DNA from: Hemiscyllium ocellatum | Taxonomy: Eukaryota | Length of the DNA: 64,000 bases | Reading direction: 5' to 3' | NCBI RefSeq assembly: GCF_020745735.1 | Contig: NC_083403.1 | Span: forward strand, 62,281,003 to 62,345,002 | Program-made: the position numbers and the translations under genes | Shown here: in pieces, positions 12,085 to 24,450 of the stretch | Layout: each line of letters opens with the position of its first letter | How positions within the stretch are numbered: position 1 is the first letter of the stretch | Notes under the pieces: generated by a model | What the model saw: the letters and a program-made list of their open reading frames with translations, nothing else | The model's database searches: none | Told to the model about the DNA's origin: nothing

Positions 12085-12730
12085 ACAATGAGAGCAGAAG
12101 CAGACCTTAAGGCACTCAGTGTGATTGTGGCTGATCTGTTAATCCTCAACTTCACCTCTATGCCTTTTCACCATAAATCTTGATTCCCTCACTGATTAAA
12201 AATCTATCCAGCTCAGCCTTGAATACAGTTAACAATTACAGCCTCTGCGGTGCAGAATTCCTCACATTCACTACTGTCTGAAAGAAGAAGTTCTTTTTTA
12301 TCTCTGTCTTAGATGTGTGACCATTATTCTGAGATTATACCTTCTGGTCCTAGACTCTCCAACAAGGGGAAACAATACCTCTATATGCAACCTCTCAAAT
12401 TCTCGAAGAATTTATGTTGCAATAAGGTCACCTCTCATTCTTCTAAACTTCAAAGAACACAGATTCCAGGTTAGAGTAGTGCTGGAAAAGCACAGCAATT
12501 CAGGCAGCATCCAAGGAGCAAGAAAAATCGACATTTCAGGCAAAAGCCCTTCATTAGGAAGGGCTTTTGTCCGAAATGTCGATTTTCCTGCTCCTCAGAT
12601 GCTGCCTGAACTGCTGTGCTTTTTCAGCACCACTCTAATCTAGAATCTGGTTTCCAGCATCTGCAATCCTTGTTTTTACCTTCAATAAACACAGGCCCAA
12701 CCTACTAAATGTCTCCTTATAAGACTGTCC
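12085..12730 (-). mobile_element. CR1-type LINE 3' fragment
   Basis: Reverse complement of AGAAGAATGAGAGGTGACCTTATTG..GAGTCTAGGACCAGA..GTGAATGTGAGGAATTC 3'-end motifs. Confidence 0.75.
12463..12680 (+). mobile_element. fold-back PLE-derived mini-element nested in CR1
   Basis: Near-perfect palindrome centred ~12555 plus 3' tail TTTCCAGCATCTGCAATCC. TSD-like TTCAAAGAACACAG/TTCAATAAACACAG (12449-12462, 12681-12694). Confidence 0.85.
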
Positions 12731-14599
12731 ATGCAATACCCTCTTACTTAATATAAAATAAACAAAGTGTTTTTGTTTGAGTTAATTCAACAATTAAAAC
12801 CAATAAGCTGTTACTTTGAGTTTGGGATATTTAGATATCTTCACCTGAATAACATGAAGGAATCCACAAAATCTTTTGCAACTGTAATCAGGTCACTGGT
12901 TCTGCCATAAATTCTGTTTTATGTCTAGTCTATTTAAAAATGCATTCCCTGCTTCAGCTCCTTGTTAAAATAGGTTGTGACGTTTGTGCCATTTTATCTA
13001 AACATCCTCATGCAAAATTAAAGGCTGCTCTCCTACCTCGTCAGTTTTAAGTCAGTCACTTGAGTATGATCAAACCTGGAGCAATTCGCTCTAAAGTTGA
13101 ATGCCTTTGCCTGTGCTCTACAGGATTTGTCTTTGTTTGACATGAGAAATATGTGCCTCCCTCGGTCTGTGCTGTTATTTGTAAAAAGAAACAAAGACCA
13201 AACTGTGCACAAAGCAGGTCTGTGTGGCTATGTGTTAGATTTTGGCAACATTCCTGGAACTGCTGTTGATTTTATGTTCTTTATTATGTTATGCATACAA
13301 TGTATTGACCTGTAATGGTGTCTGTTCATCAAATGCAAAGTAATATAAGCCTAAACCCAGGAACCTGAATTAGCATAAATGTCCTAGTTCTGTCATTTTG
13401 ATTAATTTGTCTCTTTGTCTGCATGCTGTACGATGAGCTATTAACTGCTGCATTGCCTCATGTGTCAACGACTGCCTTTAATGACTTCAAATTGTACTTT
13501 ACCTTTTGTTTTTCTATTTTTTGCCGTTTTTTCTTATTCAGCATTCTACAGATTTTCTTTTCAACGTGCACTTTCTTTAATAGCTTGCTGTAATGCTACA
13601 GTAATCACATATGGTGCTGGATATTCATGAGGCTGTGATCTCAGGAGCAGCAGCTGCTGATGCAAGCTGAAAATAGATCCAAAATACCTTGTGTGGTTCT
13701 CCCAGAGGTCCTCTATTTGCTGGTAACAGTTTCTGCCTGAGAAAGCTCTGTTCATTAAGACAAAGGGAAAGATTGAGGGGGAAATTTAATTTCGCTTCTT
13801 AGAACAGAGGATCAAATTATCATGTTTGAAACTGCCAAGCAGCTTAAATTCATGTCCAAGCATTACCAATGATATAAAAATATAGTTTAGGGTCAAAACC
13901 TTGAATCATTAATTAAAGTTTCAGTTTTATAGTGTTTTGTGGAATGCCAGAAAATTCATTTAGCAAAATCTGTATTCCTAGAAGTGACTCGCTCAGTATT
14001 ATTTTTATCCATCAGATTTGAAGTAAATTTGTGGAAAGTGTTATTACTTATGAGGCAAAAAATCCACAAGAGCTGCCAATTTGGCTTCACTGCCTTGTTT
14101 TGAGTGCCACGGTGGAAATAAAAGAATTTATGTCTCTACTGTATCACTATGCCTAGTGACAGAAGGAGCAATAAATATAGCCATTGGAATTTCATTGCCA
14201 AGAAATACTGGCTTGCCATGGCATTGATAAAGTATTGCATACCTTATGAGTTCAGCAGTACTTAGTTATGATCAAGAAAGTACTGTACCTTGTTTATGGC
14301 AAATGTTTAAAGTAATTGTTTCCTGATCTCTTTAAAGTTGATTTCCCTATGTAAATAAAACAACCACAAATTTGTGCATGTAGTATGGGTCATACCAGAT
14401 ATTGCAAAAGGGATCCCTGTCTGATCTGAATAGGTTACACAGTTAAAGGTTGTTGCGAGATTGGGTGAAAAGTACTTTTGTCTGAGATAGACAGTCAGGC
14501 AGGGTAGCTGCTCTTAAAGGATTGCTATCTCTCATGAAAGGGGAAGTTCCAACAGGAAAGCAACCAGGAACAGTTTCTCTTTATTGTTGATGGTTAGAA

Positions 14600-17520
14600 G
14601 GTTCTGCTACAATGGATACTGCAAAGGAAGCTGGCCATACTTGGAACTGGCTTCAATGGGGCAGAATCTTTCCAGAAGCTGAGTGCCATAGGTTATAATG
14701 AGAAATCTGGGAGAATCGCGTGATAAATTCAGCAAAGCCTTTTCCAACTTTGGGGAGCAATAAGTCATATTTTCCAAAAGAATTCCCAACATCACTAGGG
14801 AGCAGCGAGAGGCCTATTAACAGGAATTATTGCTCAATATCACCCTCATTACCACCAAATCTCACCTCATTAACATGGAGGTTGCTTTTCAGCCATGTTG
14901 AATAAGATTAACATGCCAAGAATTGCCAACCTGGAGGTCACAGCATGTGCCTAGTGACTCCAACTCTCCACTTGCTCAACCAGAACATCATTTCAGGGTC
15001 TGCTCGAGGATGAAAGCCACGCATACACACCACATTCACAAATGCTAGCATGTGACAGTTGCTAGCCTCTCAGAACTTGCATGGCACCTCTCCAATTCAT
15101 TTGCAAAATGCTTCTCCAGTTTAATGCTGCACTTTGGACCTTGGCTGCAATCATTGAAATCAAGCTGCAAGGACAATTTGTGTGTAGGGACAAGCACCCA
15201 GCACACAAAATGGACCAGACTGCATCTCGGTACAGGTCTCTTGCTCTATTAGTACTCACTCACTCACTACCCGGATGCTCACAGCATCCCTGCCTTGTTT
15301 TGTTGTGCCTTAAAGCCTGGCAGCAATGTTTCATTGCTTGCCTTAGTGCAGACACAAAGCCAGAGAACTTGTAAGCAACTAGACATGTTGGCATTTGGTT
15401 CGTTACTACATCATTTGCACCCCTGTACCATGTGCCAGCAGTTATCACGGCACACAGAACTTGCTTCAAGTAAATGTCTATGTCTCAAAGACTAAAGGAA
15501 GCAGTCCTCACTGAAGACCAGGGAGGCCTCCATCTGTCAGGTGTTCCAGTACAATAAGTCAAGGACAGCCGGCAAGATCAGTCTCGGGGTTTGGGCAGTC
15601 AGAGCAGTCAGCGGATTTCCACCTCTGTGGGTCATGGTCAGCCACATGGGTCCAGTTCAGCCAATCCAGGGATACATGTAAAGACACTTCAGAAGCTGTA
15701 CATATCTCAGCCAGGGATCTGCTCACTCATCATTCAGCTTGTCCAGTTATGTTGCTCAACTACAGTCAATCCATACACTATATGTCAAGCACATGCTAAA
15801 AATCAAGGGGGAGTGCTGTGGGAGGGAGGCTGGGAAACTTCATTGTGGGGATTGAGGTCAGAACGCTGGGATGCAGAGAGGATGACAATACTGAAAGGGG
15901 TGGAGGGGCAAGGGGTCATATGGGAGAAGGAGAAAGCAGCATTCTGGCTTCCAGTGGGGGTCAGTACTGGACCCCCACACTTGGCATGCTTACCTCATGC
16001 CTGCGGTTCGCTGATTAAAGTGGACAAGTAGACTCAGGTAGACAGGTTGGGTGGGGGACTTGGCTTAGTGCAGTACCTGTGGGATTAACAGGGTGAGTTA
16101 CCAAGAACAAGATGTTGTTGCTTGGGGTTCTCCTATGGAGAGGCAGAGCCCAGATGTCACTGTAAGTTATATTGTACATGGGAATGGCTGAGACCACACT
16201 TGGAATGGGTTTGAGAGGGAAAGTGCCTCATTCTGTGAGGGAAGGGTCTGCAGGTTCAAACCATGTAAGGCCCTTCAAACGGTAACACCATTAGATTCAT
16301 CCCCATACAATGAAGGTGAAACACATCCCATGAACACTGCATTCCTTGTAACCCTCCGGTATTAGCCTGTATAGTCCAACTCACTGCCCCAATCTCCCCT
16401 AACCATTTCATGCAGGATAATGGCCGAATTCCATTAATTAGGAAAAGTTAAGAACTGCAGATGTTGGAGAATCAGAGTCAAAATGTTCTGATGAAGGGCT
16501 TGTGTCCGAAACATCAACTCTCCTGCTCTTTGGATGCTGCTTGACCTCCTGTGCTTTTCCAGTACCATCATTTTCAACTCTGAATTCCACAAATGCCTGT
16601 GATAAAGTAACAATGTCTTTGTCCCTGGAAAGATGGAGCCTGGTTCCCAAGGTTACAGTCACTTGCCATTTACCCATTTCCTGTACATGTTGCAGAAGCT
16701 GTTCACTCCATGGAACATCCTGCAGAGATAAGGCTGGGTGGCTTTAATACTTTCAATGTTACATTTGTGGGACAAAAACTTGCACACACAGATGAAAAGA
16801 GAAAACATAAATTTCTGAAAGTGAGAATAATTTTACAATAAAATGTCACCTGTGTTACTGATATGCCCTAAGGAGATCTTCTTTCTCTCCTTCTCACTAT
16901 GTCTCAGCTCAGACCCAGGTTCCACAACTGGGATGGAGGGAGTCTTCCCTACAACACATCCCATTGGCCTTGGATGTCTTTATTGGGTGACCCCAAGTGT
17001 TGTTTGGCCTGACAAGCCCAAATGTGTCCTTGCTAGATGCCCCCTCTGTGGCTTGAACTCCCAAAGAGCTGAGAGGGCAAGCAGGGTGGAAGTGAATGGC
17101 CCAGCCACATCTGGGTTGTTCTGAGGAAACTGTTTGGAAACTTCTGTTTGGTTCCTGCTCCTGCCAGTTGCCTACTGGCACCACCCTGTTTGCTTCCAGT
17201 GAGGTAATGTTCCTTCGACCCTTGTCATCCCGTCATTGATGCTGAAGATCGTTGGTCAGAGCGATGGAGGGTAGATGCATTCATACATTCAGCAGACTCG
17301 GAGACTGCTGGATCTGACTCTCCATGGCAACCGTCAGTTCGTCCATTTGAGGCAGTTGGATACTGGCCTTCCTGAGGCAGCAGGGTTCCAGCTGGTATGT
17401 TGCCATCCTACAGCATTTAAGCCAGGTTTTACAGTGCTCTGGACATACCTGCCCGCCTCTCCAGTGTCTGCTTGTGCATTTGTATGAAGTTCCTGATTGC
17501 TGACACCATCTCTCCTGCCA
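14600..17520. mobile_element. probable degraded Harbinger-like DNA transposon region
   Basis: GC-richer block; minus-strand LTVAMESQIQQ..LPSIAL resembles accessory-ORF segments of such elements. No catalytic motif confidently read. Confidence 0.3.
16440..16580. mobile_element. PLE-derived mini-element with + strand hammerhead (16485-16518)
   Basis: GTT-CTGATGA-A-GGGC-TTGT-GTCC-GAAAC-ATC-AAC; inverted tail on the left; GAATTCCA on both flanks. Confidence 0.75.
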
Positions 17521-17534
17521 GGGGCTGAGAGGTG

Positions 17535-17812
17535 TACAGTGACTCAGTGGTTAACACTGGTGCCTCACAACATCAGGGACACAGGCTCAGTACCACCCTT
17601 GGCTGAGTTTGCACATCCTCCCCCAGACTGCTTGGGTTTCTTCCAGGTGCTCCAAGAACTAGCAGGCTAGGTGGATTTGTCATGGAATTTGCAGGATGAC
17701 AGGGAAAGGGTTAGGTGGGGGCAGTCGGTCTGGGTGGGATGCTTTTCAGAGGGTCAGTAAGGACTCAATGGGCTAAGTGGCCTGCTTCCACACTGAAGAA
17801 ATTTTATGATTC
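17535..17812 (+). mobile_element. HE1/V-SINE-like element
   Basis: GTGACTCAGTGGTTAACACTGGTGCCTCACA head, GAGTTTGCACAT core, CR1-like tail; homologous to 2326-2650. Confidence 0.8.
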
Positions 17813-18049
17813 TGTAAGTGTCTGGTCTCTGGCAATATTCAGAGTACTAGTGAGGTGTTTCTTCCTCAGCCAGCTGCTGAGATGTAGCGATGAAGTCCTT
17901 CCCTGTGCTCCTGATTGTGGTTTGTGAAATAGCACAAAAGTGTCAGTATCTGAACTCATGTAGGGGTGCAGTCTGACTTGTACTGCGCTTAAAGCCTTCT
18001 GAAAATGATTCCCTTTTCCCAACTCGCTGGCTTCTATTAATTAGTTAAT

Positions 18050-18770
18050 CCTCTATCCGTTATCCATGCTGATAAAGTACCTCCAATGCTCTTATCCTTT
18101 TAAATAGCCTTTTGTGTGGAACCTATTAAACACGTTTTAGAAATCTAAATACTTTACAACTACTGGTCTCCCTTCATCTATCCTGCTTGTTACCTCCTGA
18201 AATAATTTGCATTAAATAAATCAGGCATGATATTCCTCTTCATGAAGCCATGCTGACTCTACTAGATTATATTTAAGGTTTTTAAAGGCACTTGATATTA
18301 CGTCTTGTATAATAAACTGTAACATTTTCCCAATGACAGGTGTTAAACAAATTGGCCAATAATAAACTGATTTTTTTTTGTCTCCTTCCCTTTTCAAATT
18401 GAGCTGTGGCATCAGCAATTTTCTAATCCTCTGAGGTTTCTCCAGAATTTAAAGATTCTTGGAAGATTACTACCGGCACGTCCACTATTTTTGTGGTGAA
18501 TTCCTTTAATATTTTAAGATGCAACACATCAGGTACACGGGACTGATAGAACCTTTGCCTTTGTTTCTGTAGTAGTTCTTTACAAGTGTTAGTTATTAGA
18601 AATATTTCCTTCCCTACTCCTTTCGTTCCTTAATTGTTTAGTATTTTTAAAATGCTGTTCATACGTTCTACATTGCGGACTGATGCAAAGTATTTACTCA
18701 ACCTCTGCCATTTCCTGGTTCCCCATTATTATTTTCCAAGCCTCACACTCTAAGGGCCCTATGTTCACTG
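18050..18770 (-). mobile_element. old CR1-type LINE ORF2 fragment
   Basis: Minus YWPICLTPVIGKML..SAWLHE (equivalent to YRPISLTSVVGK..SQHGF) and VVKYLDF motifs. Confidence 0.75.
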
Positions 18771-20014
18771 TGTACAGAATGAGTCTGTTCATGTCATTTA
18801 TTTCAGGGTGATTTCAGTTAGGAGAAAAGAGAGGAGCTATTTTTCCACATACAATGACTCCCTGTTTAATGTTATAGTTCAAGGGAACAGTAGAATAAAT
18901 GACCAAGCAGTGTTTAATATTAAAGTTAAAATGTAAAATGAAAGTTGTTTGCTGACTGTGCTTAATGGAAAATGCATGGCAAAATAATCTTTGTTTTGTC
19001 GAGAGCACTGGTTCTAAAAGTGTCACTCACTGGTGGCCCACAGGCATCTGTTAGGGAGTCTGCTGTCTGGTCTAATACACGAGAAAATAGACCAGATCCT
19101 TTATCATCACCACTTTATGTAACATCACACAATCGGATATGCCTATGAAGACACCCCTTTGTCATGAGGGACAACATCTTTTTAATTGCAAAATCTGTGT
19201 TACTGCTACAACACACAACTGCAAGATTGGATTTTCAGCACTTGGGATGAGCCAGCTAAATACATAGACTGACCTGAGACTGGAGATTTCCAGCCTGAAA
19301 TTAAACATCAGTATCTCAGCATAAATAGCACTATCTTTTGCACTAATCCAACATTTTCTTTTAGCTGCGGCCAGCGAAAGTGGGTGGAGTTTGTGTTCCA
19401 CTCGAGTTGGTCAGTGAAACATAGCAGATAGCCAATTCTAGATCCTAGAAGGTCTGGGGAGCACAGCAGGAACCACAGGGGTTCTTGTTGATTTTCCATT
19501 TTAATCATTTCTCAAGCAATCTGTGTCTTATTGCTGTTACTGTCTCAATGCTGCAATTGTGGTCAAATTTGCTACCTTTCCTGCTGGGAAAGGAGACACC
19601 GGTGGTTCTGGGTTGAGATGGAAGTACTCTTTATTATGTATACTGATTATATCTCCCAAACTCTCTTCAACTGAGACTCAATTTTAAGACTTAAATTGCC
19701 CAAAGCTCTCAAGTGACAATGGAATGGTGAATGAATGGAGGAAATGACGTGTGGTAACAGGTTAACTTTCTGGCAACATAGTTCGAAATCCCACCATGGT
19801 AGGCGGTGACATTTTGAAATCAATAAAAATCTGGAATAAAAAACTTGTCTAAAGATGACATGATACCAATGTTGTTATTAATGCCCACCAGGTTCATTAA
19901 CTTCCTTTAGGAAAGGAAATCCTTACCTAGTCTGGTCTACATGTGACACTAGATGTCACTGCAACTACGCATCATCTCATGGTTCAAGGAATGAAGAGTT
20001 TAAATTACATAGTT

Positions 20015-20763
20015 GTTGTGGTTCTGTTCGCCGAGTTGGGAATTTGTGTTGCAGACGTTTCGTCCCCTGTCTAGGTGACATCCTCAGTGCTTGGGAGCCT
20101 CCTGTGAAGCGCTTCTGTGATGTTTCCTCTGGCATTTATAGTGGTTTGTCTCTGCCGCTTCTGGTTGTCAGTTCCAGCTGTCCGCTGCAGTGGTCGGTAT
20201 ATTGGGTCCAAGTTGATGTGCGTATTGATTGAATCTGTGGATGAATGCCGTGCCTCTAGGAATCCCCTGGCTGATCTCTGTTTGACTTCTCCTATAATAG
20301 TAGTGTTGTCCCAGTTGAACTCATGTTGCTTGTCATCTGCGTGTGTGGCTACTAAGGATAGCTGGTCGTGTCGTTTCGTGGCTAGTTGGTGTTCATGGAT
20401 GTAGATCATTAGCTGTCTTCCTGTTTGTCCTTTGTAGTGTTTTGTGCAGTCCTTGCATGCGATTTTGTACACTACATTGGTTTTGCTCGGAACGAGGACA
20501 TACCGCAACCCAAAGGACTAGCCACACTACCATACATCAAGAGTATTTCCGAACTGACAGCCAGACTACTGCAACCACTAGGACTCATAACAGCACACAA
20601 ATAAACAGCCACCCTCAGACAACAACTCACCAGAACGAACGACCCAATACCAAGCACTGAGGACGTCACCTAGACAGGGGACGAAACACATGCAACACGA
20701 ATTCCCATCTCGGCTAACAGAACCACAACAACAAGCACCCAAGCTACAAATCTTCTCACAACC
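20015..20763. mobile_element. rearranged Penelope/Poseidon-type element with inverted termini
   Basis: Minus GIY-YIG NVVYKIACKDCTKHYKGQTGR..FLEA; plus-strand linker LATLPYIKSISELTARLL; inverted pseudo-LTRs; 16-bp TSD TTTAAATTACATAGTT at 19999-20014 and 20764-20779. Confidence 0.9.
20051..20090 (-). ncRNA. minimal hammerhead ribozyme motif (family B)
   Basis: Minus GCA-CTGAGGA-T-GTCACCT-AGAC-AGGGGAC-GAAAC-GTC^TGC. The + copy at 20654-20693 has the cleavage triplet mutated to ACA. Confidence 0.78.
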
Positions 20764-21839
20764 TTTAAATTACATAGTTAGATTGGAGAAGTTGGGACTG
20801 TTTCTCTTGGAGAAAGAGAAGGTTGAGTAGAAATTTGGTAAATTTGTTTAAAATTATAGGGGTTCTGGAGAAAGTAGTGGAGAAAGAACTGTTCTGACTG
20901 GGAGAAAGCTCACAAAGGAGAGAGCAATTGAGATAGGAGGTGAAACATTTTTACACAGTTTTTCAAAATCAGAAATGGCTGCTTGAGAGTGTGATGGAGG
21001 AAGGATTTAACTGAAGCATTCAAGAGGGAATTGGCCTTATTATATGAAAAGGAAAAATGTGCAAAGTTCTGGGGAAATATCACGAATGAGATGGCCTCTT
21101 CTACTGTGCTGTAACAATTCTGTGATTTGGTGATCTCCTATTCCAAGTCATTCTGTTTTACCTTAAATTTTAAAAAAGACCATTTAAAACATAACAATTT
21201 TGTAAGTTCTAGCAGTCATATCTCTGTATACCAGGTGTAACTGAAACACTTTGGCAGTTCTATCTACAATACATGGACTGCAGTGGTTCAAGAGGTCAGC
21301 TCACAACCACCTTCTCAAGGGTAACTAGGAACAGGCAATAAACACTGGCCAGCCATCAATGCTCATGTCCCATGAGTGAATAAAAAAAATACATGACTCA
21401 ATTGGTAGCATTTTCACCTCTAAGTTTATGGCAGTTGAATTGAAGTCCGCTAGGGAACAAGCTCATGCCATCTGGTTGCCAGACATTCAGGGGGCCCCAT
21501 GTCAAGTGCTATTCAAAGAGAGATGCAAACCTGAACTGAAAGGGGAACAGACAAAAGTCAGCCTGAAGTGCCACACAAGCCTCACAGCCCAAGTGGGAAA
21601 ATATCAAAAAGGAACAGAGGGAGAAAATTTATGGCTCTAACTAAAGTCTTTCAAACTCTCAGACCACAATTCTCCAATCTGTATTGTAATTGTTGGGACA
21701 AGTGCATTGAGTGGCGACTGACTTGTTGTCTCCATCACAAAGAAAGCTCACTGAATTGAGCTCCACTTAGCTTCTTAAGAGCTTCTTTGCAGATCACATA
21801 CCTCAATCATGAAGTCTGAGACCTTAATCATAAATTCGA

Positions 21840-22155
21840 GACTGGTGTTGCAGTAAGTGCTGTACAGATAGGGGGTGCCATCGTTCAGATTAGATGTTAA
21901 AATGAGGTCCTATCTGCCCACGCAGGTGGATCTAAGAGATTCCATGGCACTATCTTGAAGAGAAGTTCGGGTCAATATTTGAACCTCAACCAACATCATT
22001 AAACAGATCATTTGGTGAGTATCTCATTGCTTGTTGTGGAACCTTGCTGCATTTCCTCGACACTTCAGAAACAGATGTATTTCATTGCCTACCGGGTGTT
22101 TTGGAATGTCCTAAGGCAATGAAAGATATTACCTAAATATAGGTCTTTCTTTTTC
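21840..22155 (+). mobile_element. Deu-domain SINE (SacSINE1/AmnSINE1-like)
   Basis: GGTGCCATCGTTCAGATTAGATGTTAAA..CAGGTGGATCTAAGAGATTCCATGGCACTAT..CTCAACCAACATCA..TCTTTCTTTT tail. Confidence 0.75.
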
Positions 22156-23849
22156 ATTTACACACTGACCCTTTTAACACAACGAATGTTAGCTTCAAGG
22201 TTTGATTTTTAAGTTGTTAATGAAAACATGGAAATGATGTACACCCATGACACCAACTTCCACAACCTTATTTCCTCACACAAATAAATATCACCTTTTA
22301 ATACATCTGGAACTTTTTTTAGATATGCAGAATTTAATTTAAAATTCTGCCTTTGCCTCCTGGCAAAAGAAAATATCAAAGCTTTGGACCAGGCTAGATT
22401 TTCAGGAAAAGATCTGCTCATTTTTTTGTCAGTTTTGACATCATTAAAATGCTACAAACATTGCACAATAAAATATCACCACTTTAACATGTTTAGCTTG
22501 AATTTATTTCTTCGCCAGTTTAATGAACATATTTCATTGTTTACTTTTCAATAATTTTCATGCCTCTGAGAAATTTTAGATGAAGACATGTTTCCACTCT
22601 AAGAGCTTGCAATATAACTTCAGGGCCAAAACATTTCCAATTAGTTATTAAGAAGGCATCTTTGTCATTAGAACAACTTGAAGGAAATGCTTATTTTATT
22701 TTACAAAGACATGTTATATGACAAACTGCATCAGAACCATTTTCCAATTGCTTATTTGGGATGTTGTCCTAATGATGGTGATCCCAAGGTCCTGTGCCTC
22801 TTTGTTGATTTAATTAAAATGATTTTGTTTACACCTTCTTATGATCATAGTTCTGCTGGGAAGATGTCAGTTCTGTGTCCTGTATAAAATCTAACATTGA
22901 GCTAAGCTGGTTCAGACGTTGTAATAATTGAGGCAAAGGTATTTTATGTTGTATATGCCAGCTTGGCTCAGGGACTACCCCTTGAACCTGAAACTCCACA
23001 TTAACCTATGTAATTTACACTGTACATGTCACTCATATACAAATGGGGATCCACATTTGCTTATTCAGGTGTATGTTTAACCTAAGGCATTTACCAAAAG
23101 ATATGAGGCAGCCTTTCTGTTATGCTGGCCAATTTTCTTCCCTCAACCAAAATAGATTAACTATTCATTCATCTCAAAGCTGCATTGGTCTTACTGGTGT
23201 GCATAATTAAGCTGCTGCATTCCCACACATAAACATTGTGACTTATAGACTTTGCAGGAGAATCTCTTTGAAACATTTGATACAATTGCTAAGATGCCAT
23301 ATAAATCTAAATTTTTTTTCCTACTGAAGTTTGATTTGGCATGAAATCTAAACAGGTACTGTATGTTTTTAGAGTCCTGCACATGCCATTTAGGTATAAA
23401 AAATACATTCGCAGGGCACTCTCACATGCAATATTGACGCAGATATTAGCATAAATGTACAGTAAACAGAGACAAAAGTGGGGAACTCAGGCAGTTTATG
23501 AAGTTATTCAGGGTGAAACACAGATTGAGGCCACAACTGCATTTTGGAGATCAACACTCCAGCCAGCATCATCTCTTAAAATTACTCAGCTGAAAAGTTT
23601 ACTGGTTGGTTGCTGGTTGATTCTTTTTTCTGGTGGTTGTTTCGATGCTACCACAGTTTGATGCTCTTCTATGTTTCTCTTCTACAGTGGTAGCAAAGTT
23701 CTGCAAAGAATCATGTGGCAGGTGCTTAAAGAGTTAATGATAACTTCAAAGCTCTTACACAAATCAGTCATGTTCAAAGGTGGCTACACCAGTAGGCATT
23801 CATCTTGGTGTCCAACATAACTTTGTGAATAAACAGAAGATATACATAG

Positions 23850-24450
23850 CAGGACAGAGGGATTGTGCAAGGACTCCCAACAGGATATTCAGGGAACAAT
23901 TCTCCAACCTGAACCCCATTGAAGAAAAAGGTGTATGATGTTTATCTTTCTATAAGTACACCCTCACTGAAATCTGGCACCAATGTAGACACCTGTGCAA
24001 TCCTGAAACAAGACAAGGGCTACATTGCCAATACATTGGTAAGGTGACTGTAGTGAAGAACTTTCATTCTTCTGGCTCCTTCAAGCTCCTCAGTCACTAC
24101 GTAAGATGACTGACATAAGTCTCGACATTAAAAGATTGTATGTCATTCTGTTTTGTCAGGGAGAAGTTGGAGCACACGGTTTTTCTAAGATTGCAGTCTT
24201 CCACATAACACAGGGTTCTGTTGACTGCATGCACATTGCTTTGTGGTTATCATGTATCTGCTCTGACCTACACTGTAACCAAAAGAATTCCATTTCCTCA
24301 ATACTCAGCTGGTGTGTAACCATAAGCAGAGAGGTACTTTGTTAGCATCTAGAATCCTGGCAGCAATCATGACGTCTTCATTTTGCAGCAACTTACTCTA
24401 CCAGTTTGAGTCACCACAGAAAATTAAACAGTGACTTCAGGGCAACAAGA
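23850..24450 (+). mobile_element. degraded PIF/Harbinger transposase remnant
   Basis: VKVTVVKNFHSSGSF, AHGFSKIAVFHITQGSVDCMHIAL, FHFLNTQLVCNHKQR, PGSNHDVFILQQ: HARBI1-type motifs in order, with frameshifts. Confidence 0.78.

Larger units (their letters stand above)
19975..21125 (+). mobile_element. CR1 3' fragment interrupted by a PLE
   Basis: GMKSLNYIVRLEKLGLF reads through once 20015-20779 is removed. Confidence 0.7.

Noticed and set aside
14607-17487. Cluster of short ORFs as a nested gene
   Set aside because: No recognisable domain or coherent splice structure; GC-richer decayed repeat sequence.
24106-24345. Functional HARBI1 gene
   Set aside because: The motifs are spread over several frames with stops; it is a transposon fossil.
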